Part shown: positions 42,079-51,350 of the stretch, piece after piece | How positions within the stretch are numbered: the stretch's first letter is position 1 | How the letters are laid out: every line of letters starts with the position of its first letter | Assembly: GCA_035544615.1 (NCBI GenBank) | Contig: DATKEA010000017.1 | Location: forward strand, 1,949-65,948 | Direction: 5' to 3' | Source of the DNA: Acidimicrobiia bacterium | GTDB lineage: Bacteria; Actinomycetota; Acidimicrobiia; Spongiisociales; ZC4RG35 | Length of the DNA: 64,000 nucleotides | The notes under the pieces: generated by a model | Told to the model about the DNA's origin: nothing | The model's input: only the letters and a program-made list of their open reading frames with translations | Database searches by the model: none | Made by a program: the position numbers and the translations under genes

Positions 42079-43955
42079 TTGATCATCTCCAGGATCTTCT
42101 CGGTTATCTCCGAGATCTTGAACGGCTCGCCTGCGATCTTGTTGAGACCCTTGGCGTCGACCAGGTACTCGGCCCTGATCACCTTGCGCAGTTGACCGGT
42201 GTTCAGCTCCGGGATCAGGATTTTGTCGTATCGGTTCAGGATGTCACCCAGGTTCCGTGGCATCGGGTTGAGGTACCGGAGATGGGTCGTGGCCACTTTC
42301 TCCCCGGACAGTCTCACCCTCCGGGCTGCAGCGCGGATCGAGCCGAACGTCGAGCCCCAGCCGAGGACCAGGATGTCGGCGTCCTCGTCGCCGTTGATCT
42401 CCAAATCGGGGACGTCGTTGACGATGTTGGCCACCTTCCAGGCCCGGGTATCGGTCATCAGCTGATGATTGGCCGGGTCGTAGGACACGTTGCCGGTGAT
42501 GGCCTCCTTCTCGAGACCGCCGATCCGGTGCTCCAGACCCGGGGTCCCAGGGACCGCCCAGGGGCGGGCGAAGGTGTCGATGTCGCGCATGTAGGGCAGG
42601 AATGTCGAGTCGGGCCCGTTGGGGTATCGAGCGAACTCGGTCTCGATCGGTGCGATGGCATCGACATCAGGCAGCATCCATGGCTCGGACCCGTTGGCGA
42701 CCTGGTTGTCGCTGAGGAGAAGGACCGGAGTCATGTACTTGATCGCGATCCGGGCGGCCTCGATCGTCATCTCGAAGGCATCAGATGGCGAGGCGATGGC
42801 CAGGACCGGGATCGGGGACTCACCGTGACGCCCGTAGAGCGAGAAGAGGAGGTCCGACTGCTCGGGCTTGGTCGGTAGACCGGTCGACGGCCCACCACGC
42901 TGCACGTTGATCACGATCAGCGGAAGTTCCATCATGAAGGCAAGCGAGATGCCCTCACTCTTCAGTGCGATTCCCGGCCCCGAGGAGCCAGTGACCGCGA
43001 GGCTCCCGGCAAAGGCCGCCCCGATGGCAGTGCCAACCCCGGCGATCTCGTCCTCGGCCTGGAAGGTTCGCACCCCGAAGTTCTTGTGACGGGCCAGCTC
43101 ATGGAGGATGTCCGATGCCGGTGTAATCGGGTAGGTCCCGTAGAAGAGCGGGAGCCCGGCCAACCTGGAGGCGGCGATCAAGCCCCAGGCGAGCGCCGTG
43201 TTGCCATTGACGTTGGTGTAGGTGCCGGGGCGAAGGGCCGCCGGTTTGATCTCGAAGGTGATCTTGGCCGCCTCGGTGGCCACGCCGAAGGTGTATCCGG
43301 CCTGGAAAGCCGCCACGTTGGCCGCGGCGACTTCGGGAGTTCGGGAGAACTTCTTCTGCGCCCATTCGATTGTGGGCTCGGTCGGTCGATGGAACAGCCA
43401 TGCGAGCAATCCGAGAGCGAAGAAGTTCTTGGAACGGAGCACGCTTCGACCCGAGACCCCGGTGTCTTTCACGGCTTCCTTGGTGAGCTCGTCCATAGGC
43501 ACCTTGATCACCCTGTATCCGTCCAGGGTTCCGTCCTCCAACGGGTCCTTGTCATAGCCGGCTTTCGCCAGGTTCCGCTCATCGAAGGTGTCGGTGTTAA
43601 CCACCAGGGTGCCGCCCTGTCGGAGGTCCTTGAAGTTCTTCCTCAGCGCGGCCGGGTTCATGGCCACGAGGCAATCTGGCTGGTCGCCCGCAGTGAGGAT
43701 GTCGAAGTCGGCGATCTGAACCTGGAAGCTGGAAACTCCGGGAAGGGTCCCCGCCGGCGCCCGGATCTCCGCCGGGAACGAGGGCAGGGTCGCCAGGTCG
43801 TTGCCGAAGAGTGCGCTTGCGTCGGTGAATCTCGATCCGGCTACTTGCATTCCGTCGCCGGAGTCGCCGGCGAAACGGATCACAACCCGGTCCAGGGTCT
43901 CGCTGGGGGTGGTCGAGGGTTCAGCTGTGGCGATCTGGTCGGCCACTTTGGTCAC
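42075..43955 (-). CDS. korA: 2-oxoglutarate:ferredoxin oxidoreductase subunit alpha
   Basis: 626 aa with fused gamma/alpha domains (FAGDSGDGMQ...), coupled to korB. Confidence 0.9.
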   Translation of the reverse strand: MTKVADQIATAEPSTTPSETLDRVVIRFAGDSGDGMQVAGSRFTDASALFGNDLATLPSFPAEIRAPAGTLPGVSSFQVQIADFDILTAGDQPDCLVAMNPAALRKNFKDLRQGGTLVVNTDTFDERNLAKAGYDKDPLEDGTLDGYRVIKVPMDELTKEAVKDTGVSGRSVLRSKNFFALGLLAWLFHRPTEPTIEWAQKKFSRTPEVAAANVAAFQAGYTFGVATEAAKITFEIKPAALRPGTYTNVNGNTALAWGLIAASRLAGLPLFYGTYPITPASDILHELARHKNFGVRTFQAEDEIAGVGTAIGAAFAGSLAVTGSSGPGIALKSEGISLAFMMELPLIVINVQRGGPSTGLPTKPEQSDLLFSLYGRHGESPIPVLAIASPSDAFEMTIEAARIAIKYMTPVLLLSDNQVANGSEPWMLPDVDAIAPIETEFARYPNGPDSTFLPYMRDIDTFARPWAVPGTPGLEHRIGGLEKEAITGNVSYDPANHQLMTDTRAWKVANIVNDVPDLEINGDEDADILVLGWGSTFGSIRAAARRVRLSGEKVATTHLRYLNPMPRNLGDILNRYDKILIPELNTGQLRKVIRAEYLVDAKGLNKIAGEPFKISEITEKILEMIK

Positions 43956-44057
43956 ATCCTTGCTATGTCTAATCGGCGCGCGTGGGCCAGGAATTGACCT
44001 CGGAGCTCTGGTGAGAAGACCGCATCCCGGTTGCCGCGCGGGTCCAGTTTATCTTTG

Positions 44058-45359
44058 TCATGCACTACTCAAGCCCAATGGAGCAGGGGTGAATCCGACC
44101 ACTCCCGCATTCTCTAGAGATCTACCGAAGGCGATGAGACCTGTCTCTGAGCCGAGCGACCCAATGGCCTGAAGCGAGACCGCGGGATCACCTGAGCCGG
44201 TGACGGGCATGGCGATCGCCGGATGAAGCGAATGGTTGACAACAGCAGAGAACCAGGAGAGAACAGCTCGATAATGACGGTCGCCGATCATGTCGTTTCC
44301 AATCTCCTTACGGATTGCTGGTGAGGTTGGCGTGATCAACAGATCGACACGCTGGAAGGCCTCGGCGAATCGGTCGCGGATCATCCGTTGCCAGTCGATC
44401 CCGGCCTCGATCTCCCCGGAGGTGACTCGGGCGCAGTCATCGAGCCGCCTGGCCACGTCGTCGCCGTACGCCAAATCCTTCGCCCTGAACCCGGCGTGCA
44501 CCTCGTTTATCTCCCCGGCGATGGCATGGATCAACTGGGGGGCTGGCAAGACGTCCGGCATCTCGATCTCGCTGACCGAGTGACCCAGGCCACGGAGTGT
44601 CTCGATCGCGGCCTCGAACCCGACAGCAACCCTTTCTTCCATCGGTGCCCTGTCGAGCCACGGCTGGGGAACCCCGAGCCGGAGCCCGTTCGGGTGCGGC
44701 TCGTCCGTCTCGTCGTCGGACATCACCCGGTAGGCGACGTCGAGGCTCTCGATGGAGTCGGCGAGCGGGCCTACGGTGTCGACCGAGGCGGCGAGCGGGA
44801 AGACCCCCGCCAGGGGAATCCGTCCGTAGGTCACCTTGAGCCCGAAACAGGCGCAGAGCGCCGCCGGCACCCTGACCGAGCCACCGGTGTCGGTTCCGAT
44901 GCCTACCGGTGTGATCCCGGCGGCCACGGCCGCAGCCGACCCCCCCGACGAGCCGCCAGGCGAGGTGTTGGGATCCCACGGGTTGCGCACCGGCCCGTAG
45001 TGGGGGTTCTCCGATGAGAAGCCAAAGGCAAACTCGTGCAGACCGGTTCGGCCGATGATGACGGCACCGGCAGCCTCGAGTCGGTCGACAACCGGAGCGG
45101 ACTCGGTTGCCTGCTTGCGGTAGAACACCGAGCCGGCGGTAGTGGTGCGATCCGCGTGATCGATCAGGTCTTTGAGACCGATTGGCATCCCGCCCAGAGG
45201 CCCCGCGTACCCACCCCCGGCGAGGATGGAATCGATGTCCAGGGCCCGGGCCAGGGCACGGTCGTCATCCAGGTAGGTGAATGCGTTCAGGTTGCCCTGA
45301 GTGGCGTGGGCTGCATCGAGGGCATCTTGAACTCGGTTGACGGCTGATGCACCGGACAC
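44058..45359 (-). CDS. Amidase-signature family amidase
   Basis: GGSSGGSAAAVAAG signature region with the Ser-cisSer-Lys triad context. Confidence 0.8.
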   Translation of the reverse strand: MSGASAVNRVQDALDAAHATQGNLNAFTYLDDDRALARALDIDSILAGGGYAGPLGGMPIGLKDLIDHADRTTTAGSVFYRKQATESAPVVDRLEAAGAVIIGRTGLHEFAFGFSSENPHYGPVRNPWDPNTSPGGSSGGSAAAVAAGITPVGIGTDTGGSVRVPAALCACFGLKVTYGRIPLAGVFPLAASVDTVGPLADSIESLDVAYRVMSDDETDEPHPNGLRLGVPQPWLDRAPMEERVAVGFEAAIETLRGLGHSVSEIEMPDVLPAPQLIHAIAGEINEVHAGFRAKDLAYGDDVARRLDDCARVTSGEIEAGIDWQRMIRDRFAEAFQRVDLLITPTSPAIRKEIGNDMIGDRHYRAVLSWFSAVVNHSLHPAIAMPVTGSGDPAVSLQAIGSLGSETGLIAFGRSLENAGVVGFTPAPLGLSSA

Positions 45360-45430
45360 GAGAGGCGACCATAGCCAGGACGGCCGGGGTTCTTCGGTTT
45401 ACCGGTCGTCGCCCGAGCGAGGAAGACCGT

Positions 45431-46537
45431 TCACTCGAAGGTGAGACCGTTGCCGTCGGGCACCAGCGAGATCCAGGCCTGACCGGGGGGAACCGGTATC
45501 ACATTGCCCGAGTCGTCGGTGAGTATGAACCAACCCTGCTCGGTTTCCCGTTGCCAGGTCCCGCTCATCACCTTGCCGTCGGCGAAGACGAAAGCCTGTC
45601 CGGACCCGGTCGTCCTGCTGCTCGGCAGGCTCTTGCCCCGTCCCGGTGGGGAGTGGTTGTACTGCTCGGTATAGAGGGCCACCAGAACCGGGAAGCCGAT
45701 GCGACCTTCCTCACCTTCCATGGTTCGCCAGTTCGACTCCTGTCCACCCGCGCTACGCAGCCAGGTCTCGGTGTCGGGGTCCCAGTCCCAGTTCACGATG
45801 TTGCCGACGAAGTTGATCTCGACGGTGGTCGCCGGCGTTGCGGTGGAGGGCAGCTCGCCAAATTCCCAGATGGGAGCGATCGGAGGCTCGTCGGGATACT
45901 CGAGACTGTCGGCGTACTCACGGAGCAGGATCGTGTTGGCGTACAGGTTGTGAGGGGCGAACCGCCCCGATACCCGGAATGTTTGAGGCCGGACCTCACC
46001 GACCAGGTTCACGTCCATCGACCGGATCAATTGCTGGACCCAGTTCTGAGCGCCGGAGATGACAAACGTGGGCTGGTTGAGAGCGGTCAGGATGTGGGGG
46101 TCGGTCGGTCGTCCGGAGCGCATCGGGCCGAAGTATTCGGTGTCGCTCTGCTGCCAAAGGGTCATGAAGCGGGTGATCCCTTCGACCACGATCTCGAAGA
46201 CGACGTCGGCTTCCTGGACGCCTGACTGGGGTCGGGCATTGGGATGGTTGTCCATCTTCACCGCCAGCACTCTCCGGTCGAGTAGCGCCGGGTCATCCAC
46301 GGGCAAGCCGTTGAGAGGGGAGACCGCTTCCGGAATAGTGCTGGATGTTGTGGTTGTGGTCTCGGCGGAGGTCGTCGTCGTCTCGACAATTGTGGTTGCC
46401 GTGGTCTCGGGGGCTTCGGGTGGGTCCTCGACAGCCAGCGCCATCACCACCCCCACCGCGGCGAGAAGGATGACGCCGATCGTGACCAGCTGTGCGCGTC
46501 TCGACTGCCGTAGCAGCTGGATGAATCTCGAAAGCAT
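45431..46537 (-). CDS. DUF3048 domain lipoprotein (YerB-like)
   Basis: N-terminal TM/signal, a Thr-rich linker, then the DUF3048 core (LAVKMDNHPNARPQSGVQEADVVFE). Confidence 0.55.
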   Translation of the reverse strand: MLSRFIQLLRQSRRAQLVTIGVILLAAVGVVMALAVEDPPEAPETTATTIVETTTTSAETTTTTSSTIPEAVSPLNGLPVDDPALLDRRVLAVKMDNHPNARPQSGVQEADVVFEIVVEGITRFMTLWQQSDTEYFGPMRSGRPTDPHILTALNQPTFVISGAQNWVQQLIRSMDVNLVGEVRPQTFRVSGRFAPHNLYANTILLREYADSLEYPDEPPIAPIWEFGELPSTATPATTVEINFVGNIVNWDWDPDTETWLRSAGGQESNWRTMEGEEGRIGFPVLVALYTEQYNHSPPGRGKSLPSSRTTGSGQAFVFADGKVMSGTWQRETEQGWFILTDDSGNVIPVPPGQAWISLVPDGNGLTFE

Positions 46538-46604
46538 CGGCGGCAGAGTATCCGTCCGCTGTTGCTACACCACCTCAAGGGTTGTCATGAGGCACCCCGA
46601 GGGC

Positions 46605-47006
46605 TCAAACCGTGAGGACCCCGCCCCTGATCGGGAGGTCACTCAGCGCTGATCCCGGTTGGTCGATCGAGATGGCGAGCTCGATCCCTTCGGCGTTGGA
46701 CCGGAGGACGTAGAGGGCGTCGATGTTGACCCCGGCATCGGCCAGCACCCTGGTCAACCGCGCCAGCTCCCCCGGGACGTGGGGCAGGACCGCGGTGAGC
46801 ACGGTGTTCTCTTCGCTGTGCAGGGCCGCCTCTTCCAGGACCCGCCGGGTGGTCGGAGCGTCGTCGACGATGAGGCGAACCGTCCCTTCCCCGTCGTGAC
46901 CGTAGGCGGCGAGCGCCTCGATGTTGACCCCGAAGGCGGCCAGTGCTTCGGTCAATGCCGCGAGCCTGCCCGGACGGTTCTCCATCTGGACGACGAACTC
47001 GGTCAT
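46605..47006 (-). CDS. ACT-domain protein (two tandem ACT repeats)
   Basis: Two beta-alpha-beta-beta-alpha-beta units (VVQMENRPGRLAALTEALAAFGVNI; TAVLPHVPGELARLTRVLADAGVNI). Confidence 0.7.
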   Translation of the reverse strand: MTEFVVQMENRPGRLAALTEALAAFGVNIEALAAYGHDGEGTVRLIVDDAPTTRRVLEEAALHSEENTVLTAVLPHVPGELARLTRVLADAGVNIDALYVLRSNAEGIELAISIDQPGSALSDLPIRGGVLTV

Positions 47007-47040
47007 GGAGATGACTCTACGCCGCTGGCCGTGTTCTGTG

Positions 47041-47982
47041 TCAGGTGCTCGGATCGGCCGGCTCGACCCTTCCCCGCCTCATGAGGTAGGAGTGCCAGAT
47101 CACGCGTGCCGCGGTTGCTCGGATGGGTCGCCAGGGCGCGGACAGGAGCTCGAGCTCTCCCGCGTCCGGCACCGATGACATGCCGAGAACCTCGGCGGCC
47201 CCTACCTGGAGGGCGCGATCTCCCACCGGGAAGACATCGGGCAGCCCGAGCGCCGACAGCAGGTAGGCATCTGCGGTCCACGGCCCGATCCCCTTGATCG
47301 CCAGCAGTGCCTGACGCGCCCCGTGGGGTGCCTGTCCTATCAAACCCGCCAGGTCCAACTCGCCGGATCTCACCGCCCGTGCCAACCCCGTCAGATAGCC
47401 GGACTTCTGCCAAGTGACGCCGATGCCGCGGAGATCGGCTTCGGTGACCTCACTCATCCTCTCGGGAGTGATCACACCGAGAAGGCCGTGAAGTCGTCGG
47501 TACATCGCCGCGCCCGACTCGAGAGAGACCTGTTGCTCCAGGATCAACCAGACCAGTGTCGGGAATCCTGCCGGCCTGCGCCAGAAGGGGGGTACGCCAA
47601 ACTCTTCGACCACACGGCGAAATGTCGGTTCCTCCCCGATGAGGAGATGCGCCGACTCGATGAAGGTGGATTCGTCGAGTCGCTCGACTCGAGGCTCGAG
47701 GCTTTCCATCGGAACCGGGCCAAAGGAGGCCGAGTCCTCGACGCCGGCCACATGATTGTCGGAAACGACCCAGGCCTGGCCTTCGCCCATGGTGCCCTGC
47801 CCGTCGACCCGATCCCCAGGCCCCGCCACCAGCCGCTTCACCAACCAGAAGTCGTCGCGTCCCGGGTGGGGAAGAGCCACGACTTCGCCGACGAGTGGTG
47901 ACCGCGACCCAGTGGTGACGAACTCCTCACCGGGAACGAGGGTCGGCCTCATAGAGTCTTCGACAACACGGAACCTGCGCAT
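47041..47982 (-). CDS. Apparent in-frame fusion of an S26 peptidase (SodX-like, Ni-SOD maturation) with an HhH-GPD DNA-3-methyladenine glycosylase (AlkA/Mag-like)
   Basis: Residues ~1-100 carry S26 signal-peptidase-type motifs (VEDSMRPTL; WLVKRLVAGPGDRV; VSDNH..DSASFGPV). Residues ~110-313 carry the HhH-GPD fold (LILEQQVSLESGAAMYRRL ... AIKGIGPWTADAYLL ... FPVGDRAL). The gene is divergent from sodN with a 61 bp gap. Confidence 0.55.
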   Translation of the reverse strand: MRRFRVVEDSMRPTLVPGEEFVTTGSRSPLVGEVVALPHPGRDDFWLVKRLVAGPGDRVDGQGTMGEGQAWVVSDNHVAGVEDSASFGPVPMESLEPRVERLDESTFIESAHLLIGEEPTFRRVVEEFGVPPFWRRPAGFPTLVWLILEQQVSLESGAAMYRRLHGLLGVITPERMSEVTEADLRGIGVTWQKSGYLTGLARAVRSGELDLAGLIGQAPHGARQALLAIKGIGPWTADAYLLSALGLPDVFPVGDRALQVGAAEVLGMSSVPDAGELELLSAPWRPIRATAARVIWHSYLMRRGRVEPADPST

Positions 47983-48043
47983 GGAAATCGTCCCCGGAGG
48001 GTATGGTCGGATGAGTAAATCGACAAAGAACGAAGGAGTGCAA

Positions 48044-48451
48044 ATGCGACAGGTGATTGTTGCCCATGCCCACTGCGATCTCTTCTGCGGGGTCTACGAC
48101 CCGGCCCAGGCCAAGATCGAGGCGATGTCGGTGCTCAAGTCGGCCGAGAAGTACCAGGGCTCGGACGATGAGGTATTCAGGAGCCGGGCGATCACCATCA
48201 AGGAGGAACGCGCTGAGCTGGTCAAGCACCACCTGATGGTGCTCTGGGTCGACTTTTTCACGGCCGACCATCGCAAGGAGTTCCCCAACCTCGACGATCT
48301 CTTCTGGCGTGCCATCCTCCAAGCCGGGAATGCCAAGAAGTCGGTTGATCCCGAGGACGGGAAGAAGCTGGTTGCCCTGATCGACGAGATCGCCGAGATC
48401 TTCTGGCAGACCGAGAAGGCCCAGGGGGCGGGGGTCTACCCGCCTAACTAG
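48044..48451 (+). CDS. sodN: Nickel superoxide dismutase precursor
   Basis: Propeptide MRQVIVAHA followed by the Ni-hook HCDLFCGVYDPAQA. GGAG lies 8 nt upstream of the ATG. 135 aa. Confidence 0.85.
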   Translation: MRQVIVAHAHCDLFCGVYDPAQAKIEAMSVLKSAEKYQGSDDEVFRSRAITIKEERAELVKHHLMVLWVDFFTADHRKEFPNLDDLFWRAILQAGNAKKSVDPEDGKKLVALIDEIAEIFWQTEKAQGAGVYPPN

Positions 48452-48454
48452 TGG

Positions 48455-48643
48455 CTAGCGGGGTTTCCTGCTCGTCTTCGCCTTGAGTTGGTCGGTGAGG
48501 CGCTGTGCCCAGGGCAGATCGCGCGACAAGACGGTGAGACCACCCAAGATGGTGAGGATCCCCGGGCCGGGCAGCACGAGCATGGCGGTGCCTGCACCGA
48601 GAAGGGTGAATCCACTCGCCAGCCGCACCACTCGACTCATCAC
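48455..48643 (-). CDS. Small PGPGW-motif transmembrane protein (hypothetical)
   Basis: 62 aa with the motif LVLPGPGILTILGGL. Confidence 0.4.
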   Translation of the reverse strand: MMSRVVRLASGFTLLGAGTAMLVLPGPGILTILGGLTVLSRDLPWAQRLTDQLKAKTSRKPR

Positions 48644-48696
48644 CGGGATGATATCGGCAACCGTTGGGCAAAGCGGAGGAGAAGCTGCTCTGCGGC

Positions 48697-50337
48697 TCAG
48701 TCGTCCAGAACGTCAGGCTCCAGCTTGGCAAACAGCGGCGTCACCGCGCCCAGATGAGCTCCTCCCGGGACCGGAACACGTTCCCAGCTGGTCACGTCGC
48801 GTTCGATGCCGAGCATCTCGCCCAGCGGGCCCGTGGTCCAAGGCAGGTAGGGGGCGAGAGCGACCCTGATCCCGGAGATGGCCTGAATGGCAGTCCATAG
48901 GATGGTGCCGGCTCGCTCGGGCTCCTGTTTCAGAACATGCCATGGCTCCTCGGAGTTGAGATAGGCGTTGACCTCGGAGGCCGCGTCCATCGCAGTTCGT
49001 AACCCAGCACGGAGCTCGACGGCTTCGATGTGGCCCGCGGTTGTCTGCAACGCCGTGTCCACCGACGCGATCAATGCGTCGTCGGTGGCGGTGAGCGGCC
49101 CCGGGGAAGGAACCTGTCCCCCGTAGTTGCGCTCCGTGATCGAGAGGACACGATTGACCAGATTGCCCCAGGTGGCCACCAGCTCCTCGTTGACACGTCG
49201 GATGAGCTCGTCGTCACTGAGATCGGTGTCGTTCTGCTCGGGGAGAACCGAGGCGATGGCATAACGAATGGCGTCGGGCTCGAGACGCTCGGCATACCAG
49301 CCGATGGGCAATCCAACACCCTGAGATCTCGACGCCTTCATCCCCTTGAAGGTGATGTACTGGTTGGCGGGGACGTCGGTCGGCAGGTTGAGCCCACCGT
49401 ATCCCATCAGCATCGCCGGCCAAATCACGGCATGAAACGGAATGTTGTCTTTGCCCACGAAGTAGTAGGACTCGGCTTCGGGATCCTCCCACCATCGCTT
49501 CCAGGCGTCGGGATCCCCGGTCGAGGCGGCCCACTCCTTCGCCGCGCTCAGATAGCCAATGACGGCGTCGAACCACACGTAGATGCGCTTGCCCGGCCCG
49601 AGATCATCCACCGGGAGTTCCACCCCCCACTCGATGTCTCTGGTGATCGCCCGCTCCGGCATCCCCTCGTCGATCATGCCCAGTGCCCAGTTCTTCACGT
49701 GACGACGCCAGGTGGTCTTCGATTCGAGCCAATTGCGGAGATCGTCCGCGAATGCGGGCAGCTTGAAGAAGTAGTGCTCGGTCTCCCTGAGCACGGGCGA
49801 GGCGCCGGTGAGACGGGACCGAGGGTCGATCAGGTCGATGGCGTCGAGGGTCCGCCCGCAGTTTTCGCACTGATCCCCCCTGGCCTGGGTGTACCCGCAG
49901 TGGGGGCAGGTCCCCTCCACGTAGCGGTCGGGAAGAAAACGCTCAGCCTCCGGGTCGAAGTACTGGGTGGTGGTCGACTTCACCAGGTACTCCTTCTCCA
50001 GGAGCTGGAGGAAGACATCCTGGGTCACCGCGGCATGGTTCTCGGTCATGGTGGTGGTGAACAAGTCGAACGATATGCCCAGCGAGTTCCAATAGCCGAG
50101 GATCTCGGGGTGGTACTTCTCGACCACGTTGCGGGGACTGATCCCCTCTTCGTCGGCCTTGACCGTTATCGGAGTCCCATGAGCGTCGGATCCGGAGACC
50201 ATGAGCACGTCGTTGCCGGCGATGCGGTGGTAGCGGGCGAAGATGTCGGCGGGCAGATAGGCCCCGCCCAGGTGCCCTAGATGGAGCGACCCCGACGCAT
50301 AGGGCCAAGCCACCGCGACCAGTATTCGACGACTCAT
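48697..50337 (-). CDS. metG: Methionine--tRNA ligase
   Basis: HLGH motif, the zinc knuckle (CPHCGY...CENCG) and a KMSKS-type loop (FKGMKASRSQG). Confidence 0.9.
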   Translation of the reverse strand: MSRRILVAVAWPYASGSLHLGHLGGAYLPADIFARYHRIAGNDVLMVSGSDAHGTPITVKADEEGISPRNVVEKYHPEILGYWNSLGISFDLFTTTMTENHAAVTQDVFLQLLEKEYLVKSTTTQYFDPEAERFLPDRYVEGTCPHCGYTQARGDQCENCGRTLDAIDLIDPRSRLTGASPVLRETEHYFFKLPAFADDLRNWLESKTTWRRHVKNWALGMIDEGMPERAITRDIEWGVELPVDDLGPGKRIYVWFDAVIGYLSAAKEWAASTGDPDAWKRWWEDPEAESYYFVGKDNIPFHAVIWPAMLMGYGGLNLPTDVPANQYITFKGMKASRSQGVGLPIGWYAERLEPDAIRYAIASVLPEQNDTDLSDDELIRRVNEELVATWGNLVNRVLSITERNYGGQVPSPGPLTATDDALIASVDTALQTTAGHIEAVELRAGLRTAMDAASEVNAYLNSEEPWHVLKQEPERAGTILWTAIQAISGIRVALAPYLPWTTGPLGEMLGIERDVTSWERVPVPGGAHLGAVTPLFAKLEPDVLDD

Positions 50338-50367
50338 AGGCCCACGAGAGTAAACCTCAAGCTGGGT

Positions 50368-51294
50368 TCATCGGGCCGTATTGACCCCGGCGACGGGCAC
50401 ATGGCGGCTGGAACGCTCGATCAGGACCACCCCACCGATGATGAGCACCGCACCGACGACGATGGCGACCGTCAGTCGCTCTCCCAGGAAGATCACGGCC
50501 AGCGTCACCGCGATCACCGGGACCACATAACCGGCGACGGCGAGCCGGGAGGCGAGGGTTACCTGGGCTGCGATCAGAAAAGCAGTGAACGGAACGGCGG
50601 TGGCCAGCACCCCAAGGGCGATGAGGAGGGCCCACTGCGATGTCTCGATCGAAGAGAGCGGGGTGGTGTCGAGGAAGGGCATCGCCAGCAGGACGAGGCC
50701 AGTGGCGCTGGCAAACTGGGGGATCACCAAACCGTCGCCACCGACATCGAGGGCGAAGCGGCGGCTCAGAGCACCTCCGACGCCGGCGAAGCAGACGGCG
50801 ATCAACGACAGGCCGACACCCCGCCACAAGTTGCCTACACCGTCCATGGAGCCACCTCCCACCCCCACCAGGACCCCGGTGCCGACGAGAGCGACGACCA
50901 GACCCGGTATCGACTGGGGGTTGAACCGCTCGTCAACCACCAAGAAATGCGCTCCTCCCACCGTGGCCGCGGGAATCAGAGCCACCAGGAGCCCGCCCAA
51001 GCTCACCGGAAGATCCTCCAGCCCCATGGTGAACAGGGTGTTGGGCAGCGCCAAGGCCACTCCGCCCAGAATGAAGCCCCTCACCCAGTGACGAGCATCG
51101 AGTCCCCGAAATCTCTTCCAGAACCGGGAGACGATCACCAGCACGACGAGAGCGAGGCCGAAACGCATCGGGACCACGGTGAACGTCGACACCCCACTGC
51201 CGAGGAGAGCCCGGGTGAGGACCGCCGCCGATCCCCACCCGAGGATGGCAGCCACGAGCGGGGTCCACGGATTCATGCCGGGGCGACGGTACAA
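50368..51294 (-). CDS. DMT-superfamily (EamA) transporter
   Basis: Ten TM helices arranged as two EamA repeats. Confidence 0.8.
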   Translation of the reverse strand: MYRRPGMNPWTPLVAAILGWGSAAVLTRALLGSGVSTFTVVPMRFGLALVVLVIVSRFWKRFRGLDARHWVRGFILGGVALALPNTLFTMGLEDLPVSLGGLLVALIPAATVGGAHFLVVDERFNPQSIPGLVVALVGTGVLVGVGGGSMDGVGNLWRGVGLSLIAVCFAGVGGALSRRFALDVGGDGLVIPQFASATGLVLLAMPFLDTTPLSSIETSQWALLIALGVLATAVPFTAFLIAAQVTLASRLAVAGYVVPVIAVTLAVIFLGERLTVAIVVGAVLIIGGVVLIERSSRHVPVAGVNTAR

Positions 51295-51350
51295 GACGGC
51301 ACCAGGTTGGGCCTAAAAGAAAAGCCGCGGAATGCCGATAACCTGACTCT

